DNA of 64,000 nucleotides from Octopus bimaculoides (Eukaryota): positions 21,009,741 through 21,073,740 of the forward strand of contig NC_068999.1 of the NCBI RefSeq assembly GCF_001194135.2, read 5' to 3'. Under the pieces are notes generated by a model that was given only the letters and a program-made list of their open reading frames with translations, was not told where the DNA came from and did not search any database. Positions 54,113 through 64,000 of the stretch are shown one piece after another. Numbering within the stretch: the stretch's first letter is position 1; each line of letters begins with the position of its first letter. The translations under genes were made by a program, and so were the position numbers.

Positions 54113-55283
54113 CTCAAAATTTTATTAATATTCATTCAACTCACGCAATTACTAGTAACTGTAAATTATACTCAATAGATTTATACACTTTCTCCAAAGT
54201 GTTAAAGCCATGTAAAACTCAACCTGAATGTACAACTAGATATAACAAACGCAACAACTATTACCGATCGATCTATTCAATAATAATACTAACTACTGAA
54301 AAACTTACCCATGTGGCTTCACTAAATGCATCAATTACTAAGCTATTCTGTAGTTTGTAAAGCAGAGGATGTTTTAAATTCTTTGAATCGGTTTCAGTCC
54401 CAAGCTTCTTTTATTTCCTTTCACTAACGCCACTTTAATTTTAAGTAAAACATAAACTACACTTAATTTATTTCTCTTCCGGCTGAAAATATAAAATGAC
54501 ATTTGTCACATTTTACGTTATACACGTCTTTACTGTTTTATTTTTTACATAAAATATTTTATAATCGTTTCAAATATTTTCATACACAATAGGATGAGAT
54601 GATAAAAGAGTAATGGGAGAGCACCAGGCTAAGTGCTTTATATTCTTTACTCTCACCCTTAACCATTTACACTTCTATAATCGAAAGATTAATAATTTTC
54701 TTTTGCCTCTCCTGGGTCCTAGTGTCTAAAGCGAAAGTGTGATGTTTTATCATTCTTTTTTCCTTTGAGACAGCATATATTTTTTTTACAGCTCTGTGCA
54801 TTTATTTTCTGTCACATCACATCCGTAGAATATAAATGAAACACTTCTTCTCATAAAGCTGAGGCAAGTTGTAACTAGAAGACATTTGTGCTTTGCTCTG
54901 GGGAATGGCACAATAACTGTCATGTTATAAAATTTGAGCCTTTAACCTTCCGATCATTATGCTGCCACCTTAATATCGGCGATATTATGCCTACTGTATA
55001 AATTTATAAAGCAACCTCGACAATGGTCTTAGCATAGAATATAAAGAAACAAACCAATATTCATCGAGAATAATTGAAACGCAAAATGTCATACATAATT
55101 AAAACTGAACATATCTTACGGCTAATTAATATGTACGCTGTTTTGTATGCGTACGTATATATATGCACGTGTTTATATATAGTGTGTATCTGTTTGTGTG
55201 TCTTTGTCTTATCATTAAACCTCGTGAGGGATGTTTCACCGTTAATATTTTATCAATGTTGCAGCTTGGTGTGTGTGTGTGTA

Positions 55284-55319
<36 letters not shown>

Positions 55320-57466
55320 TGAGTGAGTGAATGTGTATGAATGTATGTATGTGTATATGTGTCAGTATGTATATATGCATATGCGGAGGTATATACATAT
55401 ATATGCCGACAGATATATACTGGTATATGTGTGAGTGTATTCATGTAGGCATATATATATATATGTATATATATATGTATTAATATACATATACATACGT
55501 ACAATCATACTCAAACACACAGCCACACACATACATACACACGCGCACACACACACATATATATATACATAATATCACTTTTTCTATTTTTCCTATATAT
55601 ATATATATNNNNNNNNNNNNNNNNNNNNNNNNNNNNNNNNNNNNNNNNNNNNNNNNNNNNNNNNNNNNNNNNNNNNNNNNNNNNNNNNNNNNNNNNNNNN
55701 NNNNNNNNNNNNNNNNNNNNNNNNNNNNNNNNNNNNNNNNNNNNNNNNNNNNNNNNNNNNNNNNNNNNNNNNNNNNNNNNNNNNNNNNNNNNNNNNNNNN
55801 NNNNNNNNNNNNNNNNNNNNNNNNNNNNNNNNNNNNNNNNNNNNNNNNNNNNNNNNNNNNNNNNNNNNNNNNNNNNNNNNNNNNNNNNNNNNNNNNNNNN
55901 NNNNNNNNNNNNNNNNNNNNNNNNNNNNNNNNNNNNNNNNNNNNNNNNNNNNNNNNNNNNNNNNNNNNNNNNNNNNNNNNNNNNNNNNNNNNNNNNNNNN
56001 NNNNNNNNNNNNNNNNNNNNNNNNNNNNNNNNNNNNNNNNNNNNNNNNNNNNNNNNNNNNNNNNNNNNNNNNNNNNNNNNNNNNNNNNNNNNNNNNNNNN
56101 NNNNNNNNNNNNNNNNNNNNNNNNNNNNNNNNNNNNNNNNNNNNNNNNNNNNNNNNNNNNNNNNNNNNNNNNNNNNNNNNNNNNNNNNNNNNNNNNNNNN
56201 NNNNNNNNNNNNNNNNNNNNNNNNNNNNNNNNNNNNNNNNNNNNNNNNNNNNNNNNNNNNNNNNNNNNNNNNNNNNNNNNNNNNNNNNNNNNNNNNNNNN
56301 NNNNNNNNNNNNNNNNNNNNNNNNNNNNNNNNNNNNNNNNNNNNNNNNNNNNNNNNNNNNNNNNNNNNNNNNNNNNNNNNNNNNNNNNNNNNNNNNNNNN
56401 NNNNNNNNNNNTATATATATATATATATGAACATAAATATATATGCATACATGTGTGGGTATTTGTGTGTCTGTGTGTTTTATGTATATTTACATGTATG
56501 TATTTTATGTAGGAGCAAAACGTCGGAATACCGCTAAAAAGTACGCTACACGACTGTGAGGCACCCAGTTCGATTCTAATGAGTAAAATCTGGAACAAAA
56601 TTCGCTTTCTATGGCTTCGTGCCGACCTATGTGTGTGTATGTGTGTAGAGGGACGTGTTTGTGTGAATGTGTGAATCCTCATCGCCCTGTTGTTGTGGTG
56701 TTCAAGTCACAGTTATAAAGTTGTAGGGTTTATTCCTGGGCGGCAAGTGGTGTTCTTGTATAAGACACGTTTTATCACCGAGTGAAATTCAATGATATCA
56801 ATAGAGTAGAAGGAACGTCTGCTGAATTATGGAGAAACACAAATGATATGATGCAAATAAATGTGTATTTAGTACGGACATTTACTTTCACAACCAATTT
56901 GAGAAACAGGAATTTAATAACAGCTCTAAGAAAGCAGCTTTACGTTTAATATTAACTCGGTCTTTAAGCCATACACTCTACGAAGTCCTACATAAGATAA
57001 CCGGCAAGATTTTCACTCTTCGATTAAGATATTACTGAGTTCAAAAAGGATGTGATTATTAACTAATATTTATACTTAATTGAAGGATATAAGGATGTGT
57101 TTGCGTGTTTGTTTAATTACAGTTTCCATCACTTAAAGTCTGGTGGGCGGCAGACCACGTTTGCAACGTCAAATATAGTAATTCAGATGGAAATAATTTG
57201 AAAGAAATTTTATAATGGCTTCTACCTGTAATTCTTTCATCACACATCACACATAGTATAAAATATAACGTTATCATTACTGCGCCAACATGTATGTGGA
57301 AATATAGCCAGGTAGTAATACATCACATTTATAATACTTTGAATAGGAATAACCTCACAAGCAGCAGGAATTATATAACTTGCAGTTTTGTGTTGTTTAC
57401 GTAGGTTTACGATGGTCTGTTCGGTTTATCACAGACTAAGGATTAAAGCTGTTAAAGACGGCTTAC

Positions 57467-58224
57467 ATAATTCTGATGCAAGCAAATGGACAGTAAATTT
57501 TCCTTGCTAATGGATGCAGCAGTATGTTGGATTATATTATGGTTTTGACGGAGGCAGAGTTGGCAATTATAAACTCCGGATAAATAAGGATGGGCACTGT
57601 AGAGGTATGTTGCCTGTGTCGAGTCTCCTGATGCCTTCAGATGGTTTAAGTACGGCTCTTTATAGACAACAGCAATTGAGACTCAGGCATGTCTCTGTGG
57701 GAAGTTGTAAGTAATTCGAATGTTACAGGCTGGTGTGCAGGTTGAAATTGTGTGGGTATGAGTCTCTGCTGCAGAATGCAACCTTGGAAGGAATATTATC
57801 TAAGCAAGTATAGCTACACTTTACATTCTGAAAGTTAAGAGTTTGTGATACGGGTTCATGGGACATGCTGTCTAACAGTGCCAGGAAGCGTCTAGATATA
57901 GGATTAAATCAGAATGGCTTCCTCTTTCTAAACGACTTCAGGGTTTGGAGGTGAAGTGATGGATCCTCCCTATACACTAAATTATCGGTAAAGCTACTCC
58001 TCAGTAGTGATTGCAATAAGACGCAGACCTGTTGAAGATCTAGCTCTCCGCAGTTGCAATGGAGATACTTCTGCTGACATATGCGACTAGGATTGGAATT
58101 ACAGCTGAAAGTATTGGAAGTTTCTAGGGATATAAACAGATTCCTCTTCTCCTTAGAAATTCCAGTCACTCCCAGTTGAAGTTCCTCTTGGTTCAACCAC
58201 TTCTTTGTTTTCCATATAGAGTTT
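57467..58224 (-). pseudogene. Putative large degenerate exon of the TRANK1-like pseudogene
   Basis: Pyrimidine-rich acceptor (catccatatcag|) and donor tat|gtaagc. The first ~105 codons are open (NSIWKTKKWLNQEELQLGVTGISKEKRN...); stops and a probable frame change follow. Family match is weak. Confidence 0.4.
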
Positions 58225-58322
58225 CTGATATGGATGCAGGATGTGGGTACCAGTATATGCGCGTATGCATAAATACATATGTGTGGGTACACATGTATAT
58301 ATACACAGTTGTATTTATTGTG

Positions 58323-58384
<62 letters not shown>

Positions 58385-58421
58385 CAACAACAACAACAAC
58401 AACAAAAACAATAATAATTCT

Positions 58422-58481
<60 letters not shown>
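58323..58481. repeat. (AAT)n/(AAC)n microsatellite
   Basis: Directly visible. Confidence 0.97.
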
Positions 58482-58494
58482 CATTTCTAGTATG

Positions 58495-58607
58495 GGCACA
58501 TGGCATGAAATTTTAGTTGATTACATCGACCCCAGTGCTCAATTGGTACTTATTTTACCAACCCCGAAAAGATGAAAGGCGAAGTCGAACTCGGCGTCAT
58601 TTCAACT
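58495..58607 (-). mobile_element. SINE family A 3' fragment
   Basis: attacatcgaccccagtgctcaattggtacttatttta..gatgaaaggcgaagtcgaac. Confidence 0.8.
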
Positions 58608-58878
58608 CCTTATATTTACATAATTTGTCAAATTTCTTTAGAGATATATTTTCATCAGTGGGAACACTTACATCTATTAGTCTACAAGTATTTTCTTCTC
58701 CGTCTTTAATGACTATGTCTGGTCGTTTAGCCTGAATTCTACTGTCGGTACTGATTAGAAAATCTTAGGATTTTTAACTTTAATGACTGGCTCAGGATGA
58801 TGTTCCTACCAGTAAGTTGATTTTGTAGTGCTTACATATTTTCCAGTGTAAATACCGTCCTACCCTATCGTGGGGATA

Positions 58879-58977
<99 letters not shown>

Positions 58978-59019
58978 GCATCATCATCATCATCATCATC
59001 TTTATCATCATCATTATTG

Positions 59020-59510
59020 AGTGCGAGAGTAGTGCATGCCATCAAAGTGACACTGGAGATTAAAATATACGAAGCCCAATATAGCCATCTTGATTACCTG
59101 TCTGATAAGGGGTACACCAGGCACATGCATCACAAACATATGTGCGCGACGCGGTGATCTCATATCAAGATAAACAGCGCATGACCTTGTAGGTGGGGTT
59201 CATGTCCAACAGCCCATCTCATTTAAAAGGTCCCTGAATAAGGGATGTTTCAGGATGTTAAACGAAACACCCACGTTTCCATTGGTGAATTATCCAAACC
59301 CCTAAAGAATTCTTCTGATGCTCCCCCACTACGATTGCTCGTGATCAGATATGCACATATCGTCAGCCACCAAGGGGCATGCTCAACTAGTTACGGTCAG
59401 ACAACTAACAAGCAAGTATGTGGTATTGAGAAGAATATTTGCAGTAGCCCATCACTTGTACCAAGACAAAACAATATACATGATAACTCTTCCAATCAGC
59501 TATGATAAGA
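59020..59510 (-). mobile_element. Unclassified retroposon-like interspersed repeat ending in an (AAT/GAT)n tail
   Basis: Non-coding, GC-richer ~490-bp block whose minus-strand 3' end runs into a trinucleotide tail at 58881-59020. Confidence 0.35.
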
Positions 59511-59539
59511 TTATTATCATTATTATTATTCATATACAC

Positions 59540-60767
59540 ACAACAAATTAGACTGTTGGAAAAGAAAAATTCCTAACATCAGGCTACAACAAGTAACCTT
59601 AGGTGCCAAGAACCCTCCTAAGTATCCTAGCTGCCCCCAATAACACTGTTTCCTGTAGCTGTATTAAACTGGGTTTTATGACTATTTCTTCTATCCATCT
59701 GTTCAGATCTTTAGGGATAGTTCCTAATGCACCTCTATCTACTGGAATACATTTTACCCGCAATTTCTATAATCACTGTAATTCAGTGGCTAGGTCCTTG
59801 CACTTTGCTATTTTGTCTATATCTCTCATATTGATTTCTTTACCATTTGAGACTCTAAGGTCAATTATTTGGCACTTTCTATTCTCTTTATCTACTGCTA
59901 CAAAATCAGGCTTTCCAGCTTTTATTATTCTGACAGTATGAATGTTAAAGTCTCACAACATTTTATATTTCTTACTTTATAGTACTTTGCCAGGTTCATG
60001 TTAATACCATTTATCAGAATGTTCAAATCTTAGCTTTCTACAAAGCTCCTAGCTGATTGCTCTCCCTACGTTGTCATATCTCCTCTTGTATTCTTTCTGG
60101 ACCAGCATGCTACATTCACTTACTATATGAGTAACACTTTCCTCTTTTGATATGCATAATCTACATTGGGAATCTAAGCTTTTGTGTATCTTGGCGCTTA
60201 TCCAAATAGTCATTAATACTTGATATTGTGCTGCTACTAACAAACTTTCTGTCTCCCTTTTCAGCTTTCCTTTTTGCAACCATAATCATATCTCACTACT
60301 ACTATTTCCTGCGACTATCTTTGTGAATCTACCATCCAAAGCCTTCTCCTGCCAGTCAGATAACTTTTGTCCTTTTTCTGGTTTTTAACTTCGTTTGGTT
60401 TTTGGTTTCCCTATGCTTTGCTTTGACTCTAGCAGCTTTTAAGAAACTTATTTCACTATTGCCTACATAAGAGTCAATATCTACTCTAGCTAACACCACG
60501 CAGTCTTCTGCTGATATTAATTCTCTTCCATCTTGCATTCTAGGTAAGTATAATCTTGCTGCTCCTGCTCGTGGGTGGAGCCCTCAATTCATATTGAATT
60601 CCTTCCTAGTTCTTCTGCATAGCTCTACTAATTCAGCTTTTGCCCAATCTACAAAACTTGCTGACTATCTAAGTAATGATACTGTCCAAGTATTTACAGC
60701 CTTCACTAGATACGGACCATTTAGCTTTCACTTCATTAGCTTCCTCACTTTTCTGATGTACTCCTTC
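59540..60767 (-). mobile_element. 5'-truncated R4/Dong-clade LINE (same family as 21965-24460)
   Basis: LHPRAGAARLYLPR..GRELISAEDCV; CCHC-type CRLC..EESVTHIVSEC..KEYKRR; endonuclease tail. The 3' UTR (attagactgtt.gaaaagaaaattcctaacat) is shared with the first copy. Confidence 0.9.
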
Positions 60768-60801
<34 letters not shown>

Positions 60802-60830
60802 TATTATTATTGTTATTATTATTATTATTT

Positions 60831-60884
<54 letters not shown>

Positions 60885-61080
60885 GCGTAACGAGTTCGCA
60901 GAATCATTACGGTACCGGAAAGAAACGTTTCTTCCTGCTCCTTATATTGAGTTCATTTTCTACCAAGTTCACTTTTGCCATTTGACATTTCAAGATCCAC
61001 AAAGTAAGTACCAGTTGAGCACCGAAGTTGATGTAATCGACTACACTTTTCCCCCAAAAAATATTGGTCTCGTGCCAACC
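60885..61080 (+). mobile_element. SINE family A, highly diverged
   Basis: taagtaccagttgagcac..gatgtaatcgact..gtgccaa. Confidence 0.6.
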
Positions 61081-61137
61081 AAAGTCAGAAAGTTATTTTT
61101 ATTGTTGGTTACTAGTTATAGATATTATTTTTAATCG

Positions 61138-61138
61138 C

Positions 61139-61199
<61 letters not shown>

Positions 61200-61326
61200 A
61201 CAGCAGCAGCAGTAGCAGCAGCAGTAACAGCAGCAGCAGTACAACAGCAGCAGTGGCAGCAGCAGTAGTAGTGGTGGAAGTTGTAACAGCAGTAGCAGTG
61301 GTGGTGGTAGTAGTAGGTAGTAGATG

Positions 61327-61374
<48 letters not shown>

Positions 61375-61382
61375 ACAGCAGC

Positions 61383-61416
<34 letters not shown>

Positions 61417-61417
61417 A

Positions 61418-61479
<62 letters not shown>

Positions 61480-61480
61480 A

Positions 61481-61513
<33 letters not shown>

Positions 61514-61584
61514 TAGTAGTAACAGCAGCAGCAGTAGTAGTAGTAGTAGTAGTAATAGTAGTAGTAGTAGCAGGATCAGCAGCT

Positions 61585-61643
<59 letters not shown>
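61138..61643. repeat. Compound (GTA)n/(GCA)n array
   Basis: Directly visible. Confidence 0.97.
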
Positions 61644-61644
<1 letters not shown>

Positions 61645-61856
61645 TTTTAAATATTTTCTATCTAAATAATATTATTACACCGTTGCTGTTTTTGATATTA
61701 TGGTTGTTCTTTAGTCGATGTGTTTGTTATTGTTGTTGTTGGTTTCCGAGGTAAATTATATTTGACAGTAAACAGTTAGGCACTTGATGAAATGATAACC
61801 TGTCCTCATTATATATATATTTATCATGTTCATCCTGAATGTTTATGGAAAGAACA

Positions 61857-61975
<119 letters not shown>

Positions 61976-62394
61976 GACCAACAGACAGCAAGCAGACAGA
62001 CAGATTGATAGATAACGTTGATAGATTAGTGTGATAGAGTGTGGCCGTTTTTGAGTAAAGGTTTAAAATTGAAAGAAGGAAGAGGAGAGAGAAAGGAAGA
62101 GATAAACGAGTTGGTGAATGTCTAAATGTATATGACAGTAAGTGAAAATTTATTTATTCACAAACAAATAATACAACGAAGGTACAGAAATGTTGTATGA
62201 GTCTATATACATGTATGCAGCTAGGCAGACAGCCAGTGAAATTAATGGGATTCTGTCTGCGGATGCGATATGTGTAAGCGCGTGAGTGCGTGCGTGCGTG
62301 CGAGCGGTAGATGCATGCGTGATATCAAGAACTACGATTTTATGCAAACGCATATGGAAATTTATGTGTATGTATGTAAACTTTTATCTTTTAC

Positions 62395-62530
62395 ATGTTT
62401 CAGTGGTTTAACTGTAACCATGTTGAGGCACTGCATTGAAATTTAGCCGAAGGAATTGACCCCGTACTTACATTTTTAAAGCCTGGTTCTTATTTTATCG
62501 GCCCTTTTTCCGAATCGCCAACTTCCAGAG
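62395..62530 (-). mobile_element. SINE family B 3' fragment, diverged
   Basis: Reverse-complement similarity to the 3' block of 11771-12272. Confidence 0.55.
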
Positions 62531-62980
62531 ATTTGTAACTCCTTATTGCACAGCCAAGCTTTTATACATCACCTAACTGTCTGGATGTTTTGTGTTCTTG
62601 TCCCATTTTTATTATATATATATATATATNNNNNNNNNNNNNNNNNNNNNNNNNNNNNNNNNNNNNNNNNNNNNNNNNNNNNNNNNNNNNNNNNNNNNNN
62701 NNNNNNNNNNNNNNNNNNNNNNNNNNNNNNNNNNNNNNNNNNNNNNNNNNNNNNNNNNNNNNNNNNNNNNNNNNNNNNNNNNNNNNNNNNNNNNNNNNNN
62801 NNNNNNNNNNNNNNNNNNNNNNNNNNNNNNNNNNNNNNNNNNNNNNNNNNNNNNNNNNNNNNNNNNNNNNNNNNNNNNNNNNNNNNNNNNNNNNNNNNNN
62901 NNNNNNNNNNNNNNNNNNNNNNNNNNNNNNNNNNNNNNNNNNNNNNNNATATATAGAAGAAGAAGAAGAAGAAGAAGAAG

Positions 62981-63263
62981 AAATGGAGCAAAACGCATAT
63001 AATCAATAAGTTCCTTTATTTCCTACATATGTTTCAAAATATATGTGCACTCTACTCCAAAGAAGTAAGAGGTGCTGGAATTGCACGTAAATTCATCGCC
63101 AGGGAACCATTATACAAAAGCAAGTCTTGCGCTAAACATTTAGATGAATGAATTTATGTGCAATTCCAGCACCTCTTACTTCTTTGGAGTAGAGTGCACA
63201 TATATATTGAAACATACGTAGGAATTAAAGGAACTTATTGATTATATGCGTTTAGCTCCATTT
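62981..63263. repeat. Long inverted repeat (116-bp arms, 51-bp spacer)
   Basis: 62981-63096 versus the reverse complement of 63148-63263; 5 mismatches by manual comparison. Confidence 0.95.
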
Positions 63264-63796
63264 ATTATTATTCCTCATATCTACTCAAAATACATCACTT
63301 TAACATGGCATTTCTACCTATTAAACGGGTATGATATCCCAATTTTTGTGTGATTTTTGCTACCCTGGTAACTATTAACATATTTACATTATCGAAGATT
63401 TTCAACCGAGATAATATTAATATATACATAAATTAAAATACAGAGATTTCACAGGCACAGGGAGGAATATCGATGTTGCACGCACAACGACCGGCTAAGG
63501 AAGAAAGATCAGGCTTGGACGAACGCCGAGACGTGGGACGAGAAGAGAGAGAGGTAGAGGCAGAAGGACAAAAGAATTAGAGAGGGGCGAGAAAAAATGG
63601 CAGGGACACAGTGAAGTGAAAAGTGGAGGGAAGGTGAGCAAGAAGAGAAGGCAAGGAAATGTGAGAAAAGGGAGAACGAAACAACGATGAGTGGAATGAA
63701 CGAATAAGAGTGAAAGGGCTTATAGAAAGAAATAGAGTCATATAAGATTTAGAAAAATGTATACTTACATATAAGAGACAAGGTGTACGTACGCCG

Positions 63797-63832
<36 letters not shown>

Positions 63833-64000
63833 CCACTGGGCCATTGCGCCTCCACAGCTGAGTAAAGTAAGCATCACATAAAAGAAAATGTAATGAGATT
63901 TCAAATTATGGCAGCCTATAATTCCTGGTCATAGTGCAAAAGAGACATAGTACTCGCTACATAACTACTCCGGGAACATTTTGATACTACCTCCTATATA

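Overview
AT-rich, microsatellite-saturated animal genomic DNA. It contains many N-gaps, most of them opening at (TA)n runs, which suggests a short-read scaffold. The SINE families, repeat style and intron scale point to an octopod cephalopod, probably Octopus (inference). No intact protein-coding gene is visible, and nearly all ORFs in the supplied track are microsatellite or N-gap artefacts. The main hidden structure is a chain of about 14 exon-like segments on the minus strand, from about 58.2 kb down to 9.5 kb. They mostly have canonical splice sites and compatible phases. Their translations resemble, in the same order, motifs of the C-terminal part of TRANK1/LBA1 (TPR-ankyrin-UvrD-like helicase protein) as I recall the human sequence; no alignment was computed. 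Most exons carry premature stops and one has a +1 frameshift, so the locus looks like a decayed, unprocessed TRANK1-like pseudogene. The introns hold two tRNA-derived SINE families (several in head-to-tail arrays that repeat the same target sequence), remnants of R4/Dong, CR1, RTE and Penelope retroelements, several inverted-repeat (MITE-like) elements including a 116-bp near-perfect palindrome, and many simple repeats.
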